Shown here piece after piece: positions 25,005-35,773 of a stretch of 64,000 nucleotides of DNA. The position numbers and the translations under genes were made by a program. The notes below the pieces were generated by a model that had not been told where the DNA came from, did no database searches, and saw only the letters and a program-made list of their open reading frames with translations. This stretch comes from Zancudomyces culisetae HAW-14-8 (taxonomy: Eukaryota; Fungi; Kickxellomycota). Every line of letters starts with the position of its first letter. The stretch's first letter is position 1. The stretch spans positions 992,001-1,056,000 of the forward strand of contig JBNJNM010000012.1 in assembly GCA_052426225.1 (NCBI GenBank), in the 5' to 3' direction.

Positions 25005-25715
25005 TGTTAGCGATTTAGGTTCTTAACCGCTATAAATAATATATTTACTATGTTAACTAATATATACTAAGTACATTTTTTAATCAAGTGTTCGCTATAT
25101 ATGTTAAAGACTTTAGTAAATAGACCAAACTATGTTTATGTGATTTATTTGATAACGCTACTACTAGAAAAATATGTAGTATATATAATAATATAATATA
25201 CTATAATAAACTCAACTATATACCTAAACTACTAATAAACCTATAACTATTATATATATATTTGTTCATGCTTAGAAAAAATCCGAATTTGAAAAAAACT
25301 ATGCATAAACCTAGAATATATGAATTAACTAATAATATATTTAACAGATCAAATATTATGATCTACAAAAAGTAATATAAAATTAATAAAATAAAACCAA
25401 TATTATTAGAAGGTAGATTATATAGTGACTAGAGGTGATGTGCGTCGCTATATAACAATATTTGTTGTGTGTTGCCATGTTTAAGGTCCCATTTAGTGTA
25501 TTACACACCAAATAACACACGGGACGGGTCATTTTACTTACCATTTACTATATGCTGCGAATTATTATATAGTTATTTTGATATAGCAAAAGAGGACATT
25601 TATTTAGTTAAACAAAAATTTCAATTTTATACAATAAAATCTACAAAAAATCTACTAAAAATTACAAAACACAATTAACCAATGGAAATGTTTCGCCTAT
25701 TGTAGGCATACAACA
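25005..25715. repeat. Solo LTR G' (inverted relative of G)
   Basis: Reverse-complement similarity to 27329-28045 along its length. Confidence 0.85.
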
Positions 25716-26118
25716 TGTCTTGATATATCTTTCTAACTACTGTTTAAAATTAAACTATTAGCTAAACTATTATTTAAGACTTATTAATTATAACTTAATA
25801 TTTAAATAGTGTTTAGATAATACTGTGTTTATTATAGTAAAAGATTGGTGTCGTTACCATTTTGGATACTAAATCCTTCACTTTTATTGAAATGAATATT
25901 AATATCTAAGTTGTATAAAAGTATTCTAAAGTATAAAATTATTCGATATTAGAAAAAGTCTAAAAACTATTTCGAGATTCCTAGTAATATAAACTTATAT
26001 TAAATATAAAATTAAATTTTATCTAGAAAGTAAGTAAAAAAGTTATAATAATTTGGTAATAATTGTTATATTAACTCAATTCTAGATGAGGTGGACTTCT
26101 CTTAAAATATATCATAAT
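25716..26118. repeat. Possible degenerate solo LTR J
   Basis: Starts TGTCTTGATATAT; end ATATATCA is a partial TIR but has no clean ACA. Confidence 0.4.
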
Positions 26119-26477
26119 TGTCGTGTCGCATAATGTGAAGTATCACTACTTCCATTAGCGCTACCATCACGTGTTATACCGGTTCTGGTACGATCACTGA
26201 TGGTTGATGCACTTCTATTGCGTAATGCAATGTGCATCGAGGGGTGCTCGGGTGAGCTAATACCCCTGTACAGTGTCGGTGAAATTGTACTCACCGACAT
26301 TTCTTCCGGGCTCCTACGGATCTGGAGTTGACGGACACTTTCTGTCAACTCACCAAGGGTGCGGGGACTTAATACCCCTGCATCCTGATCCATGCTGCTG
26401 CCCCTGCTCATGCTGGTAGAAGTGTATGACTCCTTCCTGGAGTCACATTCGGTTCCAATCCTACTGTTTAAAAACAT
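26112..26477 (-). CDS. LTR-embedded Ser/Pro-rich ORF (E2)
   Basis: ATG at 26477 is positionally equivalent to the E1 start; reads past the LTR end before stopping. Confidence 0.65.
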   Translation of the reverse strand: MFLNSRIGTECDSRKESYTSTSMSRGSSMDQDAGVLSPRTLGELTESVRQLQIRRSPEEMSVSTISPTLYRGISSPEHPSMHIALRNRSASTISDRTRTGITRDGSANGSSDTSHYATRQL

Positions 26478-26890
26478 TATTGCTAATATATCTTTTGGTT
26501 TATATTTGATTTTATTTAATTGTTTTGTTATAATAATCCGTATCGAGACATGGATGAGGTTTTCATATGTCATCCAAACGTCTCCTTAAATATACTATTC
26601 AAATGTTAAACCACTACATAAAAACTAAATACTAAAATATGACTATTGTTATAATATTATTAATAATTTGTTTGTTATTAATGATAAATGTAAAATGCAT
26701 GGGATCATTTTACATTTTACATTCATCATTATTGAACTAGCTCAGTATGAAAAATTGATTGCATACTGAGCTCAAAAATTATTTGAATTTATTAAAAAAA
26801 AATAAACAAAATAAATTTGCATTTTCGTACTGAGTGTACCATTTTCAGGCACATCCACGTACTCTTGTACAATTTGTTAATAATGCGACA
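26124..26890 (-). repeat. Solo LTR E2 (ORF-bearing, 767 bp)
   Basis: TGTCGCAT...ATGCGACA TIR; flanks GTCG/TTCG; homologous to E1. Confidence 0.85.
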
Positions 26891-26898
26891 TTCGGCAC

Positions 26899-27324
26899 TG
26901 TCGTATGAAAAATTGTATATTGTATAAAAATATTGAGTGTATTACAGTACGACGAAGCTGTAATCACTATTACTTAATGTTTAAAATTGGTCCAGGACCT
27001 TCCTAAAATAACTAGTTAACTGTATTTAAGAATCTTTTATTTAGTTATCGTTGGTATAATAAACGCTAGAAGAAAGAGTATAAAATCCCGAACAAGGTAT
27101 CCTTAGACCTTGTCGTCGCTATTTAAGTAGTTTGTAATATAAAGTGCTATAAAATCCTAATAGTAATAAAGTAAACCTTTGTCTGATTGTTGCTGCACAA
27201 AGGAAAACCACAATGGTGAAAACAGATGTGCGAGCATCTGCAACAATCAGACAATCAGTATGAATAATAGAGATTTACAGTAGATTAACCTACTATACAT
27301 TATCATCTATATATTCATACGACA
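26899..27324. repeat. Solo LTR F (426 bp)
   Basis: TGTCGTATGAA...TTCATACGACA perfect 11-bp TIR; GCAC on both flanks. Confidence 0.9.
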
Positions 27325-27328
27325 GCAC

Positions 27329-28045
27329 TGTTGTATGCCTACAATAGGTGAAACATTTTCATTGGTTAATTGTGTTTTGTAATTTTTAGTTAGATTTTTT
27401 GTAGATTTTATTGTATAAAATTGAAATTTTTGTTTAACTAAATAAATGTCCTCTTTTGCAAAATCCAAAGTACTATATAATAATTCGCAGCATATAGTAA
27501 AAGGTAAGTAAAATGACCCGTCCCGTGTGTTATTTGGTGTAAAAAAACACTAAATGGGACGTTAAACATGACAACACACAACAGCACTGTTATATAGTAG
27601 TGCAGATCACCTCTAGCCACTGTATAATCGACTAACAAATATTCTTTATTTATTTATATTTAAATTATGTTGATCACAGTATGTGATCGATTCTTATATA
27701 TTATTTGTTTAATTATAATAATTTGATGTGCAAGGTAGTTTTTTTTACCCTTTGGGTTTTTTCTAGGCTTGTACTAATACATAAAAAATAGTTTATTAGT
27801 ATACTTTAATTTTAATTAGTTTAATATTTAGTTTTATAGTAGTTTATTAAGTATTAATTTATTATAAATATTACAAGTTTTTTCAGTACTAAACATTAAC
27901 AAATAAAATAGTTTTGGTCTATTTACTAAAAGTCTTTAGCATATATAGTGAAAACTTAGATAAAATAGTACATAGTAAATATTAGTTAACGTAGTAAATA
28001 TATATTTTTGAAATAGCGAACGACTTGGAAGCTTTATTCGCTACA
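27329..28045. repeat. Solo LTR G (717 bp), ending 7 bp before the tRNA
   Basis: TGT...ACA ends; GCAC on both flanks; inverted homolog at 25005-25715. Confidence 0.88.
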
Positions 28046-28052
28046 GCACAGT

Positions 28053-28124
28053 GGTCCTATGGTCTAACGGTCATGACATTGGACTTTGAATCCAGTAGCC
28101 CGAGTTCGACTCTCGGTAGGACCT
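28053..28124 (+). tRNA. tRNA-Gln(TTG)
   Basis: Acceptor GGTCCTA/TAGGACC, anticodon arm TTGGA-CTTTGAA-TCCAG, T arm CCGAG-TTCGACT-CTCGG; no intron. Confidence 0.97.
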
Positions 28125-28130
28125 ATTACC

Positions 28131-28150
28131 TTTTAACGGTTTAATTTTTT
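28131..28150 (+). terminator. Pol III oligo-T terminator
   Basis: TTTT at 28131-28134 and T6 at 28145-28150. Confidence 0.7.
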
Positions 28151-28161
28151 CAATTTTGTTT

Positions 28162-29657
28162 TGTAGTATAACGGCTACATACTTTTTGCTAGCGAATCAA
28201 TTGCTATTCTTTAGCATGATATAACTACCAATTAACTTGTAGTTATTTTATATTTAAATATTTATAATAGTAAAGCTGAATATCTGAACGATCAGTGAAT
28301 AAAAGCGAAGCGGACAACGAAAATAAACATCTTTGGCCTTTCTTAGCGGAATATACTTTACATATACGTTTTTATATACTTAATAATTGAAAATAGCACC
28401 TTACGATATAGTTTATTTAGTGTTTTATTAGTATTATATCAATAATAAAAAGTATTTAAAACATTCTTCATACGGCAAACAGAACTAGTTAAGTGATCCG
28501 AGACCTGAGTATAACTGACATAATCAGTGCTATACCAAACTCAGCCATCACATTAGCTGAAAAAATATATCAGATAACCTATAACATCTACTATATATTA
28601 CAATTGGGGGCTCTGCCGGGAAAGTAATCTCCATATATCTCATTTTGAGGGAGAATTGAATGTTTATATACTAACCAGATTCAATCACAGTATTACACAC
28701 GTCAAAGTATACAGATTCAAATGATGGAAAAACCTGTCATATTTGAGGCTCAAGGTTCTTTTGATCCAAAAGAGTGGATCTACAGGTACAAATTAATAGC
28801 TAACGTAAACAAATGGACTGATACTGATGCTATTGAATTGATACAACTTTATTTGGGAAAAAAGGAATTACAATGGTATAAGAAAAACATAAAAGAGTTT
28901 AAAGACTGGGATACTCTAGTTACCAAGTTTACAGAGAAAATTCAAGCAAAGAGATGAACTTTGTTTACTGGAAGAAAATCCAGATGATCAAACAGGAAGA
29001 TTTTGCCTCAATTGAAGACTTTGAGTTGGAGCTTGAGGAATTGTTTGAGAAGGCGGAAGTAACAGATGAAGGTGTCAAATGGAACTGTTTGATGAACGCG
29101 CTAACTGAGAAAAACAAGCGCAAAGTTTTAGAATCAGATCATAAGAAATGGGCAGATACGATCAAGCTCATTAAGAAGTCTGAACAGATCAAAGCCGTAG
29201 TAAAATCAAAGCCGCTTAGCTCCAAAGACAGATTAAATGAAGCCAGAAAAAGATTTCAGGATAGCAGAGAAAAGTTCGAGCAGCGAAACAAGATGAGAGA
29301 AAAGGCGAAGCAGGACAATGACAATAACGACATGATGAAGCAGTTTGAGAAGCTAAGTGTTAATGTTATGAATAAAGTAGATGAAATGGTGGATAGGAGA
29401 CTAAATAAGACAAGAGGGAGAACATACCACGATCGATTTATACCTACGTGCTACCACTGTGGAAGGAAAGGACACAGGAAATATGAATGCAGACAGTTAG
29501 CCCAAGAAGAAACGGAGTATGAAACAAGCAGCGAAGATTCAGACGATTTAAACTGCATCGAAGTCGAAGATATCAGTTATGATGAAGTATATGGTGCAGA
29601 CCGAGTGGTAAAAATAAACCTGCCATCGGATCCTATAAGAAAAAGGAACATTTAAAC
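28162..29657 (+). mobile_element. Truncated Ty3/Gypsy element K (5' LTR 28162-28602, PBS-Pro, broken gag)
   Basis: TGTAGTATA...TATATTACA; PBS TGGGGGCTCTGCCGGGA at 28605-28621 resembles the classical tRNA-Pro PBS. Confidence 0.9.
28721..29655 (+). pseudogene. Element K gag, frameshifted and truncated before the protease
   Basis: DPKEWIYRYKLIA...LYLGKKELQWY homologous to Gag of A/B/C; CYHCGRKGHRKYEC knuckle. Confidence 0.9.
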
Positions 29658-29662
29658 TGTCG

Positions 29663-29923
29663 TGTTGTAAAAATGTTTTACGTCCTACTTGTAAGCTATT
29701 GGCTTCCAAGCACTACACGAGACGGGCCGCTAATAGTTACTATTATAATTATTTATATGTACTATTATTATATTCAAGAGACGACAAATTTATTTAACTA
29801 AAAATTTCATTGATTTAAATACTACAAAATCAACTACAAAAACTATTAAATAAATAACCAATAAAATAACACTATTAATTACAATAGATGAGAAATCTAT
29901 AACGTATAATATTTTATACGACA
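29663..29923. repeat. Solo LTR L (261 bp)
   Basis: TGTTGTAAAAAT...ATTTTATACGACA; preceded by TGTCG. Confidence 0.75.
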
Positions 29924-30327
29924 ATATATTTTTTCAGCTAATGTGATGGCGGAGTTTGGTATGTCACATATTATGTTAGACATACTCAGGTCGCGGATCA
30001 CTTCACTGGTTCTGATTTTCGTATTAAGAATGCTTTTAATAGTTTTTATTTTTGTTCTAATCATAATAATCACTAAGTAAACTATATCAATATCAAGTAC
30101 TATTTGCTATTAGTAAGTATAAAAAAACGTATATGTAAAGTATTATCGGTTAAGAAAGGCCTAAGATACTATTTTCGTTGTCCGCTCTCGTTATATTCGC
30201 TTTGTTATTCACTTTACTATCTTTGATCATATTTACTATTAATTCTGCTTGTTCTCATTGGTAGTTATCTTCTGCTAAGGAATCGCAATTGATTCGCTAG
30301 CAAAAAGTATGTAGCCGTTATACTACA
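29924..30327 (-). repeat. Inverted, end-truncated copy K' of the K LTR
   Basis: 30285-30327 is the reverse complement of 28162-28204; similarity continues to about 28570. Confidence 0.9.
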
Positions 30328-32814
30328 GTACCAAAATTATTCAATTGCAGAATATTACTACTAATGAGCGCTCGGTTACAGCAATTTAATAATAATAACA
30401 AATGTAGTTTGAATACCGAACTATGAGTGAATTGTATAGTACGGATGACGAAAAAGAGAAATTTTAGCATTGTCTGATCAGGTATACTTTTATTTACGTA
30501 TTTTATTATAGATCCCGCTACGCGCTATATGGTTGTTATACAAGTCTATATTGTGTATTTGATTTGCTAGGTAATAGTGTGAATTCTTTTTAATCAGTAT
30601 ACAAAGCATTTTTATTTTTATCTGATATTCTTTTCTAAGCTATCTGTTTTTGGTATGCTACTCAATGTTCAAGATATACTCGGTTATATTTACATCTATA
30701 ATTCTAGAATCTGTACAAAAAAAATTTATTTTTATTGTGATATAATAAATACTTACAAGTATTTTATTTATAAATGTTAATTTATATGTATATTCAGTAT
30801 AGTCACTTTAGAAAATGGCTACTGTTTTTATTCTGTCTGCTCTCATTTATTTTCACTTATTTTCCTACATTTCTCGCTTTCCAAAATATTTTTCTTCATT
30901 ATTGGTTTTTAATCGCTTTTTTTGGCAGCCATACGCTACTCTAAATTGGAATTTAATAGTATGTATAAATATATAGACATTTTATTACAATTTCTAATGA
31001 GAGGTGGTCGTGAATTATAACAAAGAACGAATTTAACATTTTGAATGAATATCTGAGATATTTGTGAATTTAATCAAAATTAGTAAAGAAAATTTAAATC
31101 CTAAATAATATTTTTAACATTTATTTACGTATTACTTCATAGTTGTGATAGTAAATAACAACTAATATTTACATAGTTTTAATGTATTACAACTAAAATA
31201 AAGATTTTTAATGCTTTATAAACTGCATTTAGTGTCAGGTGTGTGACACGACCTGGGTATAACAAAATAATGTTTGCTTTAACAAAACGTTGATCATATT
31301 TGCTGAAAATATATTTGGTTGTTAAAATCTACAATTTTACTATAGCTTAATTATTACTTCTGTTAACAATGTTTTATACCTCTATATTATCGTTTATATA
31401 CTTATTTTTATGTTGAAAGACATCAAATAAAAAATACAACTTATTCTAATAGTTATTTAAAAGTAGAGGATGTATGTACATTTAATTCATCTACTGTTTT
31501 ATTTTTTCTGTATGCTCATTCTAATCTTTGGAATTTTGATTTCCAACTTTTACTGGTAAGTGTATTCTTTATATCTTATCATTGTGGTGCATAGGCGGCT
31601 GCATTCTGCCATGTATTAAAGTTATAGCTAACCCAATGGTGTAGCCATTATACGCTCTATCAATAAGAACGCACTTGTGATCACTGTATTTCCTTTTTTC
31701 AACTAATAGTTATAGTGCAGAGAACGGGTAGTGCGATTTTTTAGATGATTTTATTCGTGGTTAGCTTTTCTTTGAGCAAAATTTAACCTAGCATGTGTTT
31801 AAAATATAAAGCTATTAGAAATAAGCATTAAATAATTTTACTTGATATTGGGACTTTTTACAGTATTAATGCTTGTATATGCTGATTTTGGGTTTTACAG
31901 AATTTGGTAAATTATTTGTGACCGATGATGTATTTGCTTATTCGTGATTTTCAAATCAAGCCCTCAGTTTGGATTAAATTATGTTGGAGCAATTGCGGAA
32001 ATTTATATTTATATACTTGATCACTAGCGATAATTTATTAACTGTTCTCGTTTTTACGTTTAATTAATGTGTATTTCATAATTACTTTTGTTTTATACTT
32101 TAGATTATAATAAAAGTTGACGACTTCAGATAGGTTACTAAACGAGATCTAATTTTTTGGTACATTTTCAAATTATTTATAGTAGAATTTTGGCTGTAGC
32201 TTGGTGTCTTAGCCCGACAAAGACCTTCAGATTTCTAAAATAGCTAATACACTACAATAGTTTCTTCATATGGTAAAGTCTTGCAATAGTCGATTCCAAT
32301 ACTAAAAAATAAATGTTTTCAGATTTCACTATTCCCTGTCTTCTATTTTTTATAACTCAGCTTTTCGTTAAATTTTATGAATTTTTTTACAACAATATAT
32401 ATATTTGTTCATTACATCATCTACAAGTTAATTGATTCCATGCTTAATATCTTGAGTTATTATCTGTATGGCGACCTTCTTATTATGGTATTATATTGGA
32501 GTTGCAATGCCATTAAATTGTATTAATCTTGTTTATATTACCACCCCCATTTAGTTCGTGTAACATTATATCTCATTCTATGATTTCTATTTATTATGTG
32601 TTTTCAGTCTAATTGTTTTATAATATAGTGAAACAATTCATTTGTGAATTTTGCATTTTTTGCTATCCTATTACAAACATTAAAAAAATTAGCTAGAAAT
32701 ATAAAACTAAATTTTTGAACAAGTTGGTAAACTTGATATTATATGTCTGAATCTAATAGTTTACTTGAACTATTATAATCTGTGGCAAATTCTCTAAAAT
32801 TAAATTCTGCACAA

Positions 32815-34455
32815 ATGGCAACTAATGGTGATAAGCGAGAGTACGAAAGCGACGAACCTGCTTTTACAAAAACCAAACACTTAAAGGTAAGGGATAATTA
32901 TTCATTTTTACTCAACTTGCAACCTACTTTAATGCTTGTCTGAACTATAGCCTGAAAATGAAACGGAAAACGAAAATAAAATTGTCAGGTACAATCAATT
33001 TGGGCATTTGCGACTCGAACAAAGCATTTTTGGCACTAAACCAACCGAAGACATTGTCAGGTTGGTTTCGAATTTATTGTTTGAGAATGGGAAACTTGAT
33101 AATATCGAGGTAATATAACTCTTTCTGTATATTAATATTTTTGTAAATATATGATTTTCAAAAATAAATCTAAATTCAAAAATATTTTAGATTGAGGGAA
33201 AAGTGGGACTATTGATTGATAGAAATACCAAGAAACGGGTGGAATTGGGAGTTTTAACTGAAACGAGTATGTTAAACCAAATTTTTCATTCTCTTATTTT
33301 TTCTATTCTACTTTCATATAACTAGGAATAAATCATGTCAACGATTTGAAATTAAGTTATAAACTTTACTATGATTTAGTTCTTAAGGGAGATTCATGGT
33401 TTAGCTTTAATTCCGATATGACTGTAGTAAGTATACACCAATAATTAATCATCTTGATTTGTTTTTAACATTCCCTTCACTTTAAATTTAGGAACAACAT
33501 GCGTATTTTAACAAATTGTTTAACAGTCGATACAACCAAACGCAGCATCCAGAATACAAGGTATTATCAAGATTGGCATTATTTAGATTGGTACTATTTG
33601 CTACTAATGTATAATAGATATTTAACGTAAATGCTTTAAACTAATTAAACAAACGGGTATTTATATAGGGATCAAGAATTATATACAGGCACACAAAACA
33701 AGTGGATAGGTTTTATATGGAGAACGGTATGCGCGTGCGAGCTTCGGTTGACAAGGAGACAGGAAATACGATTCAATGTATCAGTAAAAGGAGAATTGCG
33801 AACTTTGACATTTACTCTCCACGCACTAAGCTCGATTATAGGATAACTATAAATCAAGAAATTCCTGGTAAGGGCATTCTAAATTTACCTATCCATCATT
33901 TAAAGTAATAACCCTTTAGTTGAATGAACTTTTATGCTCATTCTAAATAAAAAAAAATAAACAATAACAAATGTTCATCTATGTGATTCACACAGCTGTG
34001 ATCTCTGAGGGTGCAAAAGTGCTTTCAGAAAGGCATAAAGATAGAATTAGCTACAAACACGATATATACAGTTTTGACTTGACGATGGCGACTTTAAATG
34101 AGGTGTGTATATGTTGATTTTTTAAAATTTATTGGGTATCTCAATCGGTTTGTTTTATATTATTGATCTTTTTAAAATACTTCAAGTCTCTCAGCCAATT
34201 TAACCCTACTTACACTTGTCTCCCGCTTCATCGCACTATTTTTTTTATCTACAGAATACTGGGTCCACTGCAAGAAGGTATGTTTCAGACAGCCCAAAAC
34301 AAATGACCTCATATGAGTTGGAACTTGAGATATTCAATACTGATGTATTTTTATCGGAATTCGAAAAGGCAAAGTCACAGAAACAAAATAACTTTAATGA
34401 TATAGTCCAGTCATTCATTAATAATCTCAGGGTTCTAGTTAAAAACTTTACATAG
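32815..34455 (+). CDS. CET1: mRNA 5'-triphosphatase (capping enzyme beta subunit, CYTH tunnel family), multi-exon
   Basis: Spliced motifs EIEGKVG, QVDRFY, VRASVD, KRRIANFDIYSP-DYRITINQE, ERHKDRISY, FDLT, YELELE; GT-AG introns; start inferred. Confidence 0.85.
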
Positions 34456-35773
34456 AATAGAGCCCTTTAATGTGACTTTGGTACTATTTATTCCATATAT
34501 ATTGAAGAATATGTAACAATCAACACGAGACTGTTCTATAAACCTTGTCAATACAACAATCCTGCTTTTTTTAATTGCTTTAATTTTGATGTCTTTATTT
34601 TTGCAAACATTATAATCAGTTGTATGTGTAAATCGTATATTATAGTTTTACCAATACATCATCTCTGGAGCTTTATGCTTTTGCCAGTTACTATACTTCA
34701 GTGTTTTTTATTTTTGGTTTAAGACTGAGCTTAATTACTACATGTTTGCGCGTCTTAATCACGTGGTATTGTTGGTAAAAGTATATAGTGAAAATAAACC
34801 TTACTATGGTGGTACAGTGTTTATTTAATTCTATATATTTCTTTTAACCACAGATTAAGTAGTAAAGTTACGTTGATTATTAAGGATTAAAATAGTATTG
34901 ACTTATGAAGCAGTTTATATTCATCTAAACATCTGTTGTATTAAAAGCAAAGTTATTGAATCGAAGTAGAGGACTTTCAAGTGAAAGCGCAATTGCTAAA
35001 AAGCCGCGAGGAAATGCCAAGAATATAATATTTATGTTATTTGCTTCACCACAATGTGGGTAAATAAAAAGTATTTCCTAAATTTTATGGGAAAATGACG
35101 GGGGACAGGGGGGGAGAAGCAGTCATGTATTTGCTCTTTTAGCCTGAATAAAATCCTTTGAGAACAATCACATGTTCAATAATATCGTTTTCGAGTTGAA
35201 ATGGTGCGCAGCTAGAAAAACGTATGATTAATACGACCCAAATATAGCAGGAAGTGCAAACCCATTGAGTAGCATTGGCATTGTGAGGCATTGAATGGTT
35301 ATTGGGCAACAGGCAGAATGAAGAATTAAAATAGTGCGGTTGTTGTTATTCTCATATTAATTATTTTTGTTTTGATAGTAAAGAATTAAACAATCAGGAT
35401 GCACAAAAACACAACAAAAATGCAAAATTGGAAAACAAAAAAACTATCAAACCAAATAATATTGGCGAAAAAAATTTCACCTCTTGCAAATTTTTTTTTT
35501 GCTTAGTTACTAATGCAAAAAAGAAAAAATCACACCACAATAATCTTTATAGGTCTAAAAAAACAAACAATCTTTGAGGTCAAACTAAATTATATAAACA
35601 TAAAAGCGGGATAAGAGGACCCAAATTTGTTTATCCATCTTGTGATAATTTAGACATTTTGGGGAAAAAAAGTTGTAAATTGAGAAAATCATACAAGATT
35701 CTTAATCAATATCCAGAAAAATAGTGCAATAAGGCAAAAATAACGGAGGGCAATCTCGATCAAAGAAAAAGAA

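Noticed and set aside
22665-28045. CRISPR-like array based on recurring ACGACA/TGTCG motifs
   Set aside because: The motifs are LTR terminal inverted repeats with 260-840 bp interiors; eukaryotic context and no cas genes
30328-30450. Second tRNA gene next to K'
   Set aside because: No cloverleaf or B-box on either strand
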